A stretch of 63,836 nt of DNA, counting the filler, from Sphacelaria rigidula (lineage: Eukaryota), in assembly GCA_964200075.2 (NCBI GenBank). It is 5 parts of 5 records of this genome, joined end to end, with 100 filler letters (N's around TTAATTAATTAA, not from the genome) between each part and the next. Parts side by side here need not be neighbours in the genome. Positions count along the whole stretch, not along the records: positions 12,791 to 25,480 come from CAXNAA020003499.1; 4 more parts are not named here. One strand, given 5' to 3'. The position numbers and the translations under genes were made by a program. Positions 12,991 through 23,195 of this stretch are shown in pieces (position 1 is the first letter of the stretch; every line of letters starts with the position of its first letter). The notes under the pieces are model-generated. The model saw nothing but the letters and a program-made list of their open reading frames with translations. It had not been told where the DNA came from and searched no databases.

Positions 12991-13290
12991 AACAATGTGT
13001 CCGTGAGATTGAGAGTAGAGGATACGATTGAGAGTGAAAGGCGGTCAATTAGTGAATGAATCGTTTCTGTTTCGAAATGCCCCTCCACGAGGTCCAATAT
13101 GCTTTCTGCAGCAGCTTGCCACTGAGGTCCTTGATGTCCCTGAGTAAGATATCGACATGTAGCTATACCCACACGCTAGTGATGGAGGTAAAGAAAAGCA
13201 CACACGGAATTAAAAAATGGCTGAGAGTAAGCGAATGATCAAAGCCACTCTTAATCAGCGTTCTACTCTCAATCTCACGAAAACGTTGTT
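12991..13290. mobile_element. MITE family A (~290 bp, ~29-bp TIR), full copy
   Basis: cgtgagattgagagtaga (13002-13019) is the exact reverse complement of tctactctcaatctcacg (13262-13279); internal sequence is homologous to the copies at 16904 and 40704. Confidence 0.85.
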
Positions 13291-13304
13291 CATTGTAGTT
13301 GTAC

Positions 13305-13537
13305 CTGCTCGCCTGGAGCCACAAGCTCCGGTTTGATTCGACCGTCAGGAGTAGGACCGTGGGAACTAAAATAGGACACCGTGTCAATGTCAGCAGGCAC
13401 ATCAGGTGTGGTTGAAGGCAATCCGATGAAACCACCCAGCGGTTGAATGCATATCCATGGATAGCCCTCCGGGGTGTATCGGTTTGCTCCAAATGCTTCG
13501 TAGCGGACGCGCCCATCAGATCCCGTCAAGGGGCCAC
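13305..13537 (-). CDS. S8 peptidase exon (FSSHGPTPDGRIKPELVAPG)
   Basis: ggttag|GT GGC CCC...GAG CAG|gtac; phase fits the previous exon. Confidence 0.92.
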
Positions 13538-16500
13538 CTAACCAGGGAATGTTTCACACCACGGGCATAAGGGATCAGGACGACGGTATAATCACCAGCA
13601 CGGAAGCAGGATACACGGCCCTGCAGTAGTCAGTCAGTACAACTGTTCTCGCGGCGATATTCGTGCCTGTAAAGAGGAGCGATGTTTGGTCAGCTTGACT
13701 CTAAAATGATATCGACATGTGTGAACGGCAACGAGCGTCACCTTTTCGTAAGTAATCACTTAAGTGGCTCTAATACTCGACCATGCTTCGAGGGTAATGC
13801 TAACGATGATGCGAGTACCCTGAGACAATCAACCAAGCGAGTGCCTCAGACACCGTGTTTCCGAGCGTCGGTGATATTCATGTTGACATCACCTATAAAG
13901 CTATTTGGAACGTACGTACGTGAAGGACCATTTGAAGAGGCTCCGATGGCTAAAACGTTTTTTCCGGTTGCGGGTGACACTAGCGTGCAACTAACGTCGA
14001 AATCCAGCCCTTCAATCTCCTTGAGGGCGCCTCCATTCCCTGCCGAAAACATCAGCAGGTGCTCTGGGTTCTGCAAGCATGTGGCGAGGTGAAGCGAAAC
14101 GCCGGAGATCGAGGTTGAAGCGCACGGGGAGGCGCAGAGTAAAAGGGAGCGGAGGGTGTATTCATTCGCTGCCTGCTTCATTCATTTTGACCGCTGACCA
14201 CGCGCTTCTTTCGAGACAGAAGACCGGTCTTACTCCAAATCGAGACACCTCCCAACATTTGGGCGCTCATCACATTTAATCCATGTATTTCACAAAAAAG
14301 TTCTTATCTCCTTCATGTTTCGCTGGCTGTGGTCACCATATATCTCTTGTTGATGGTATAGCGATCGTTCTCTCGCTACCACGTAATGTACCACACGATT
14401 TCATGCCCCCCTCCTTTACTTCCCACATTTGCCCTCAATCACGTCCCGCTGCTTCTTATACAATTCCCACTTTCCCACTTTAGGACTTCTACTCTCTCTT
14501 ACTTTGCCACAGGGGCAATTCTGTGCGTTTGTTTCCTCCTCCACCCAACTGCTGCTATGTATATCCTTCTCTCTGGCACGTCCAGGTCCCCCACCCGAAA
14601 TCACATTTTTAACTTTTTCGTGTAGGCCATTGGGCCATACCGGTATATTTCCATCTCTATCCCCTTTCTCAACCCCCCGTATATCTTCAGTTGCTCTTCT
14701 TCCTACTCTACTCTCCGTCTTGGCGCTTGTCTTCTCCTTATATCTATCAAGTCTCCTGCATTTGTCTTGTACCCCCCACATTCACCCATGAACATTATCT
14801 CGTCTTGGTTTCATCCAACGTCCTTCCATACTTTCTCGAATGCGCTATCCCACCTTCACACGTTGACAAATAGCACCCTGTAGGACGAGCTGCACAGGGT
14901 TCTCCACAGTCTTTGTGAAAACCACTGTGCAGCATTTGCAAACCCTAGTACCTGTAATAGTATTTTGCATAGCGTTATTGTCGAAACCCTGCAAGCAACC
15001 CTATGGAGAGGCCTTCCCAATCTCGAAAATTCCGAATTATTTTGGTATAAAACCTATAAATTATTTTTTTTGGAATAGCTTCTCCTGCTATCCGAGATAA
15101 ACTCCTTTTTGTCCGATTTGAATCAGGCAAAAAATAATTGATCTCGGACAGCAGGAGAAGCTATTCAGAACAGATCCTTTTTTCGCCCATTTTATTTGGG
15201 CAAAAAAAGGATACATTTCGAACAGCAGAAGAACCTACTCAAAATAGATCCCTTTTTCGCCCATTTAAATTGGGGGGGGAAAAGGATCTATTTCGAACAG
15301 CTTATTCTGCTGCGCAAATCCCATGCACACTGACATATTTGGGATTAGAACAGAAGAAGAAGCTCAAAATATATCTTCACTTTGCCGTCCAATTTCATTC
15401 GGAAATTAGGGGAAAAGATATTTATTGGAAGCAGCGTCAGCTATGCATATCGCGCATACTGCACCGTTACCAGCGTATGGGATCATATACGCAACGAAAG
15501 TTGTTGAGAGCAATTCATCCTATAGTCCGGTTCGAAAGGGCATAGGCTGGCACAACACTGACTGTACCGTAAACTGCGGCACCGTGCACCACGCTTATTC
15601 ACTCAGCTGCAGTACTTCAACCTACTACGGTGCACCACAGGACACTTTAGTGCTGGAATGCTGTAGTGCTGTGCAGCGTGGCGTACAGACAGTGCAGACC
15701 AGAGAGTGGACAACAGAACCCTACAACAGTGCATGGCGTTATGGAGAACTACTGTGCAGCGATACCGTACAGAGAGTCCGTTGTGCGAACAGTAGTAAAG
15801 TACGGTACGCAGCACTTTCAAGCAACGGACCTAGGCCGTATTGTGATGATTTATCAAAATGCCACCCATAACGGTGGTGCAAGATGTGATGCTCTAACGG
15901 GATGGGAGTACAGCCAGGTGCAGTACTGCTTGTGCACTGTAGACTACGAATCGTCCCCACCGCCTTCTTCCAGCTACAGCTGGCAAGAGTGAGGAAGTCC
16001 ACCCCAGGCAACGTGCACCCGTCGAGCATTTAAATTTTCACCCAACACAACCAAGCAAATGCTGATACCATGGCGGCGTCAGGGAGGTCATCTGATTGCG
16101 ATGCCAAGCTTTTCTACTTCGTGAATGGCCCATTGTGATGAGCATGGCAGTTGTGATGTATGATGGATGTCCCACTTTTCAAGTTAGGGTTTATTGACTT
16201 TGGACTAGCCGTGACCATGGTAGTGAAGGTGGGCGTGGTTCTTTTTCATTCCGCTACGAACTCTGAAGAGGAACAACGGTTTTCAGAGTGAAGAGATGCA
16301 AATAGCACTCTCACTCTGAAAAATCGCTTGAGAAAAATATCAGAGTGGAATCTGCACCATTACCGGCTATTTTTCCTTCCGCTCTGACTCTAAGATGGGA
16401 AAAACGTTTTCCGTAAGACCGGATGTTATGGCACACATATTTTTGGCCCACGGATTGTTCACTTTGTGACGTTTGATCCACGTTTTGACCCCCAAACAGG

Positions 16501-19500
16501 GAACATCGCCAACACACGCCTTGGACACTTTGCATCACCCTGCCGAGAGGGGCCTAGCCCACTTTTCAGATTCGCTTGGCTCCAAGATTTCGAGAGCGGC
16601 CGCTGAACAAAACTCCGTGTGCAACAAAATCTACGGCGATCTCCACAGAATATTGGGTAAACTGGAGGGGATCGGCAAGCACGGATTTTCGCACACGAAG
16701 TTTTGTTCAGTGGCCAATCTTGAAACCTTGGAGCCAAGAGAATCTGAAAAGTGAGCTAGGCTCCTCTCTGTGGGGTGATGAAAAATGCTACGGCGTGGTT
16801 AGGCAATTTCCCTGTTTGAGGGTCAAAAAGGGGGGTCAAATGTCCCTAAGGTGAACAATCCGTGGGCAAAAAATCTGTTTGCCATAACATCCGACCTAAC
16901 TCCCTAATGTTTTCGTGAGATTGAGAGTAGAGCGTTGTTTGAGAGTGGTTCCTATCATTTGCTTCAGCTTGGCCATTCTTTCATTCTGTTTGCGTTTACT
17001 TCCCTGTAACCCTGCCGTGTGCTTACAGCTGCACGTCGATGTGCTACTGAGGGATATCAAGGGCTTCAGTGGCAAGCTACTACAGAATCTATATTGAGCC
17101 TCGTGGAGGGGCGTTTCGGAACTAAAACTAGTCATTCATTGATCCACCGCTTCTCTCGATCGTATCCTTTACTCTAACCTCATGAAAGTGGTGTTTCTTA
17201 CGCCATACTCCGAAGTATTGGTATTTCAATTTTCTATTTGTTCTGGAGTTGACCCACATGCCCAATTCTTCTCTAAATACTGCATTACTCGCCGTTTGAG
17301 AATCCAAGACCTTTCTTCGCTGCTGTCATCTGTAGCGTTTGTATTTGCTTTACCGCGTTTGAGTTCTCTTCCCTTGCTTCTCCTGCGTATTCTAGCTTCA
17401 ATACATTCACGTTCATCAGATTATATCTCTTGGCAATAGTATCGGGAAGGGGGGGGGGTACTATTGGGAGGGGGGGGGGGGGGGGGGGATATTGGGCGAA
17501 ACGGAGAGGGAAAATTTGGACGGTAAACATGGAGGGAAGGGATATGAAGGGNNNNNNNNNNTGTTGCGCAGCGGCGGGGTGAGTGATAGGCCGCGGTCGC
17601 GGGGGAGCAGGAAGTCGGTGAGCAGGGGGTCAAAAGCGAGTACTATTGAGCGAACAGGAGATGTAAACTTTCGACGTTAAACATGGCAGGAAGGGATATG
17701 AAGCGTGTACAGTTTGCCACCGGAACCACCCGGCTACAGTCGGTGTGCAAAGCCGAGCTGACAGTCTCCCGGTGCGCGCATGTTGTACGGATCAATGCTC
17801 AGTATGAGAGGATGCAGAATTTTTCACACGGCAGGAATCGAATCGACGTCCGCTTCTGGTGAGCTTAATACTACCAGTGCTGCCTGCTTTGGTCGGTAAT
17901 ACCGCCACGCGGTAGAGAACCCACACTTCGATGCCGCCGAACTAGAAATTGCCTGTTGGATCCGTTTACGAGTTGTGGTCGACTACCTGACGGGACGTGA
18001 CCACACAACGATGGTACAGCCATCTTCGAGAACACCTGCTTGCATTATGCGGAGCGTCGATCCGTGCTGCGCAAGACATTTGCCCACCTCGTACATGAAG
18101 GTGTCGTATAGAACCTCAAATTCGGTTGCCTCGCAGAATGCGAAGTAGCCCCAAGAGTTGGAGTGAATCTTGGCTCCCGTACCAAACGTCGCTTTCCACA
18201 GGTGGTTACCGGCTATGGTTGCATAGAAGTCCTCCGGGTCACTGTTGAAATATGTGGCATCCAGAATGGAAAGCTTTGCGCCGGGAGCCACTCCGTTGTT
18301 TCGAACCAGAGTCTCCAAGACATCCTCGCCCAAACAGTTGGACGAATCGGCGCCGTTGCCGTCACAGTCGTACGCTGGACAGTAGGTTTCGATGTCTAAC
18401 ATTCCGTTGGACATAGCAAGCTCGGCGTCCGACGGCGTCATGCATTCACCCGCACAACTCGGGACTTCGTCGGCGGCACACTGCTGCGCCAGGAACCGAC
18501 TACCTGTTGCGTTTGAACAGAGACAATTCAGCAAAAACCTCGACTCCACTCCATCCGACCGGTTTTGCGAAATGCCATTTCCGCACATGTCACCACGGAA
18601 TCTAACATCAAACCACGGAGTAGTTTTGATTCGTACCTTGACAGTTCACTCCGATCGTTCAATGTTTGTTGTGAGGTATTTCCTTTTCTCTCACCTTGGG
18701 GACGTCGTCTTGTGACCACGGCTGGATTTATCCGGGACGAGTCGATGTTTGACAAAGGGGCAACCAGTCGCTTGACAAAATAATGCACATCTAGGCAAAA
18801 TCTCGCGCGAATAAAGCGTGTAAAAGAAACAGGAAGAAAATAACATACCTACACCTTGCGGTCTCGCTCTTGGTATCGACATGAACAGGGCAAAACAGGT
18901 ATAGCTGGGGCTCCAACCCCAGCTCGGTGCGGCCATAAAACCTTGAACTGTTTTTTCACAGTGCTCTGGCAATGTAAAGAGCTCACGAGGCGGCTTCAAC
19001 ACAAAATCCATGGCCTCGTGGATCACTCGAGTACACTGTGGGACTGGAAGTTACTACACTGCTGTAAGGATCATGTTGATGCAAGAATGCATGTTATTCT
19101 CGCCAAAAATGAGGGGGAGAAGTTCACGGTGGGTGGAGTTCACTTATTTCCTCATGATGTCCCTGCGGTTTGCTGCTGTTGTGTGTATGGAGATAATTCA
19201 CAGCTGTAATCAGATGTAGACCTGTCGTCCCCACTGGGTGTTCCTACGTACTGCACGATCCTGCAATAACCATTTTTCTTGAGCGATGACTATAATCTTT
19301 CTTACCCCCGGCGCGCAAATGCGCAGCGCATAACGCAGCACACATCCACGATAGCCGGGGCCCTCAACGTGACTACGGCATTTCTATTCCATAGATGGAG
19401 CAAGAGGCGTATGCCCCATCCTGGAAACTATCCGGAGAGTATGATGTTTACTACAAGGCATCCTTCATTCCTCGGCCTGGCACCACCCTTCACGAACAAG

Positions 19501-20401
19501 TACAAATGAAGCAGTAGCAAATGAAGCAGCAGCATCCTCACGAGCAAATCGTGACGTTAGATAGCCTACCATGGTATGTTGCACCAGCCGCTGTTCCAGA
19601 GGTGAGGGTTCCGTGACCGTAATAGGCTGCATCTCGGTCGAAGCCGCGAGTTCTTGTTGTTGTGTAAGACGTAGTGTAGGAGGAAGTCGTCGCTCTGCGG
19701 GGTGATGCACGTGATTAATTGATTGGTTGATTGATTTATTGATGCGCATCAACTGATTCCCGAAGGACCCAGCTGTGATCACAAGGTACATGTACTATAG
19801 GTGAAACAAATGTGACGCTCGCTGAAAAAAGGAATAGCGGGAGATAGACGCATTATACCAACAAACGAAAACAAACACAAACGAAAATAGGCAGATAAGG
19901 AAACGAAAGGCAAAAACGAATCAAGAGAAGGAGGTGAACTAGAAAAAACTAGAAAAAACGCTCTCGATGAAATTAATAGATGAATCAAAAGTTGGAACAA
20001 AAACTAGAGTGAAACAAGATATAATGAATTCAATCACTAAATAACTGAATCAGTGAATGAACATATCATCGATGCATGACTGCATCAATGCATCATTGCG
20101 TAAAAAATCAATGAATAAGTAAATCAATGGATAAGTGAATCAACGGATCATTGAATCAATGAATTTTTCAACCAACGAATCAAGGAATCAAGGAATCAAG
20201 GAATTTGTACACGAGTGAATTAATAGATCAGTAGATCGATAGGTCAATAGATGAATCAGTCAATCGATCGAGGAATGAATGAATCAATGAATGAATCAAT
20301 GAATGAATCAATGAGTCAATCGATCAATCAGGGAATAAATCAGGGAATCACTCAAGGAATCAATCAATCAAGGAATCAATCAATCAAGGAATCAATGGAT
20401 C

Positions 20402-20434
<33 letters not shown>

Positions 20435-21100
20435 ATCGATCCATCAATCAATCAACGAATCGATCAATGATTCGATCAGCAAATCAATCCAAATAACAAC
20501 AGAAAACAAATCAACAGATCGATCAATAAATTGATCAACGAATCAATGAAATAATCAATCAATGTCGGAAAAGCGTTGGTTCGGTTATATATGATATCAA
20601 ACAAGTACATGCCAACTGCGAGGAAATGAGTGGAAAGCAAATAAGAGACAGAGCGGGTGGCGTCTTCTCCGGCAAAGTAGGTACAACTGCAACAACAAAA
20701 TATGCGTCAAAATTGAGAAAGACTAGGACTGTCAAGAGCATGTCACACAGATTGCCCCTCGCCTCCTCAGTGCGGAGAAAGCGCATGTCTACAAGCCCAA
20801 GCGCCAGACAATCACATACGTGTAAGCTGACTCCGGGACGTCGTCCTCGAAGATATAGCTGAGCCAATCTGTGAGATCGTCGAGGATTTTCCCGCACTCC
20901 GAGTCATCAAGGTACGGGAGCGGCCAGGACGGAATATCCTCAAGATCATCATCATCGTCATCGAAGTTGTACGAGTTGGAGTATGCGCTGGTGTCGTAGT
21001 AGTCTTCAATAATGTCACTAAAATAAACGATGGAGTCATCCACCATGCTACCGGTCTCCCCGTCGTCCGGAGCCTTGGACAACTCGATGTATTGCACCAC
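13305..21100 (-). CDS. Subtilisin-like serine peptidase (family S8, KP-43/TagC-like), partial multi-exon gene
   Basis: Phase-consistent exons 21100-20820, 19694-19570, 18503-18088, 14070-13920, 13537-13305. They give VVQYI..., the catalytic His motif GHGTLTSGTAAG, NGVAPGAKLSILD, GAKIHSNSWG, the oxyanion motif LLMFSAGNGG, SPATGKNVLAIGASS and SYFSSHGPTPDGRIKPELVAPG. Asp (DTG) and Ser (GTSM) exons were not found in the assembled sequence. Confidence 0.9.
13920..14070 (-). CDS. S8 peptidase exon (AGN oxyanion motif)
   Basis: ttgcag|AAC CCA GAG CAC...TCA C|gtacgt. Confidence 0.92.
15060..15305. repeat. Inverted repeat plus two direct, self-complementary units
   Basis: gaatagcttctcctgctatccgagat (15072-15097) / atctcggacagcaggagaagctattc (15141-15166); agatcc.tttt.cgcccattt...aaaaggat..atttcgaacagc occurs twice. 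Confidence 0.75.
16416..16896. mobile_element. Foldback element / long-TIR MITE with probable TA target duplication
   Basis: Arms ~16420-16632 and ~16682-16893 are imperfect reverse complements along their whole length (cggatgttatggca/tgccataacatccg; cccacggattgttcac/gtgaacaatccgtggg; cacttttcagattc/gaatctgaaaagtg). TA at 16414-15 and 16897-98. Confidence 0.85.
16904..17192. mobile_element. MITE family A copy (opposite orientation)
   Basis: gttttcgtgagattgagagtagag at the left end, degenerate tttactctaacctcatgaaa at the right; the interior is the reverse complement of 13020-13260. Confidence 0.8.
17455..17705. repeat. Tandem duplication spanning a 10-N gap, G-rich
   Basis: taaacatgg..ggaagggatatgaag and gtactattg occur on both sides of the gap. 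Confidence 0.65.
18088..18503 (-). CDS. S8 peptidase exon (Cys-rich insert, GVAPGAKL, HSNSWG)
   Basis: caacag|GT AGT...TAC GAG|gtggg; lies within ORF 17983..18588. Confidence 0.92.
19570..19694 (-). CDS. S8 peptidase exon with catalytic His
   Basis: ccgcag|A GCG...GGT CAC GGA ACC CTC ACC TCT GGA ACA GCG GCT GGT...CAT G|gtagg. This reading frame is not in the ORF track. Confidence 0.88.
20020..20563. repeat. Degenerate (AATC/AATG/GATC)n microsatellite
   Basis: Runs of aatcaatcaatc, aatgaatgaatc and aaggaatc. Confidence 0.9.
20820..21100 (-). CDS. S8 peptidase exon (VVQYIEL... acidic insertion)
   Basis: aaccag|GTG GTG CAA...TAC AC|gtatgt; phase 2 joins exon 19694. Confidence 0.8.
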
Positions 21101-23056
21101 CTGGTTTGACCCGTAGCATAAAGAATGAAACATGTTTTGACGAGATTAAACTTCCATCGCGAGGAGCCCTAGTGGTACTGATTGCAATGAACAAGGTTTT
21201 TGTGAAATTGAGCCTGGCTTCAGATCGAGAGTGTGCTGTTCAACCATTTGTGGATTCGTTTTCATTTCCACCCGAAACGTTACCGCGTGACCCTGATTCG
21301 CAATCCCGGCGCTTAAAGGATTACCATTCCAGAGAGTTAATCGTTGGATGTACAAGCGGAAAATACACAAAGGACACATACGATTCTTTGACATCGGGAT
21401 CGATCGACGCCCTTCACTCGTATTCAACTTACTCATCGGGCTCAGGACCCATACATGGCGATGATTTTGTTGTGAACTAAAGTATTCCTGCGAGGCGCGA
21501 TAATGGCCGAGCGTTCAACATTGGTACCCGGCCAAACTTCATGTCCCATTTGGGACATGTCCTGTTTCACTGTACTGCAGCACAAAGACACTCGAGCCCT
21601 CTCTCATGTGATGTAGCTATGACTGCACTGTGTTGTGTTTAGACCTTGCAAGGACGGTTTTGGGCTCCGCCGGGATTGCCTGAGCTGCCGTACTGTCGTT
21701 ATGCGAGTCTTTGGAGAAGATCATATCAGTTGGCAGGCAGTGCTGCTGACACAGGCACTGTTGGAATCTTCATGGTGTGTTACCTGTTCCGTTTTCCGTA
21801 AATGGAACAAGGCGCTGCCCAGGCGCATCATTTGCTCGATACCAAACATGGCTGGGTAAAGACATCCAAACAGCCCCGGTATACACTGCTGAACCGGCTG
21901 AGTGGGACCCCGTGCTCCGATGAAAGGAGCAAGCCACAGCACAGCGCGGGTGTACTATATCACCAGGATACTGATTGCACCTGGCAGCATGGCGGTCGCT
22001 GCTGCGGGCAGGCGCCAGGGCCCCCGGCAGTGGATTGACCCAGCCAGCCATACTTAAGTTGGGGATATACCGGCACACGAGTATCGCATCGATCCTGCGG
22101 CGGCCATGCACCATTCGCTGTCTGCTTCTCTGTGTTAAAATTGAATGGAAAACTGTCCGAACATATACTACTCGAGATTAGCGGTTAAAACAGTTACGGT
22201 TCGGCATCAGTAACGAAGATTGTAGTAGCAACCGAACAGGTGGGACATTCGTCGTAGAATAATGAGTAGCTGATGTGCTGTATAGCTCGCACACAGAAAG
22301 TCAGCATATCGTCGGAATAGTCAAGGCAATGGTATGTAGAGTCTAAGGTATTCACAGCCTGGATAAACGGTTTTATAGTATACGCTATCACTCTCCAAAC
22401 CACCCACCTCAAGGAGGCCCACCAGCTTGTTATCAGTTTTCTGCAGAATAGAGACTGATTGTGTTTGATTTGAGTTCGACCAAGTGAAGCGCCGACTGTA
22501 AAACATCTTCTTCTCTTTTATTGCACGAAGCAAGTGTTTCACCAATCCCATTCATCCTCTGCGAGCTCTCTTGTTGGAGGTGAGTTCACGAGTTGGGCCG
22601 ATTTTTCCCGTCAAGTCAACAGTTGAACACTGTATTGTACACAAGCCACAGCCACATTTCCAAGAGCCTGCTTGCTGCTTTGTTTCTCTGCTGCTGCTCA
22701 GTCCATCCCGGCGCTACTGTATATTCATGCACTGTCCATAGTACGTGCACAACAGGCGTGACTCAAGCCTGCGAGCGATTCTCAAGAGTTTTTCACACTA
22801 TTATTCATTGCAGAGGTCGAATTCCACTGGCTCTAGATTCTGCCGATTCCTTACTGAAGGGCCTCTGATTCGTTGAATATTCCATTTCGCTGCAGTAATA
22901 CTTCCCATGTATGGGCGTCACGCCATCAATCGAGACAACATTTTGGAATGCATGGCATTGGGTACGACAGATAATCATAAACTGCTCGACGTACAGCAGC
23001 GCGTTGGTGGCAGGAATGCCCTGATATTTATTTCATGTTATTTACTTGTCGCACTT

Positions 23057-23195
23057 TGAACCCCTCCCCTTCCTCGGGACGAGCCCGTGGTTTCAAGGGA
23101 TTACAACCAATCTTCTCCCCGTATGGTTGATGTGCCCATTCACCTTTTTGTTGCTAGTTTAACAAAGCGGACCATTCCTATTCTCCGCGTCTCGC
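23057..23195 (-). mobile_element. 3' fragment of the same SINE family
   Basis: Reverse complement reads atcccttgaaaccacgggctcgtcccgaggaaggggaggggttc, matching 7068-7111. Confidence 0.7.

Noticed and set aside
10918..13305. Fusion of the subtilase with the ELM2-SANT-PHD gene (same strand, adjacent)
   Set aside because: A gap intervenes, no linking exons are evident, and a probably secreted protease fused to a nuclear chromatin protein is implausible without transcript evidence.
17826..17912. Additional tRNA/SINE head on the minus strand
   Set aside because: Only a weak box B-like GATTCGATTCC, with no convincing box A or body match.
20251..20496. Asn/Gln/Ser-rich ORF
   Set aside because: It is the translation of the AATC/AATG microsatellite.
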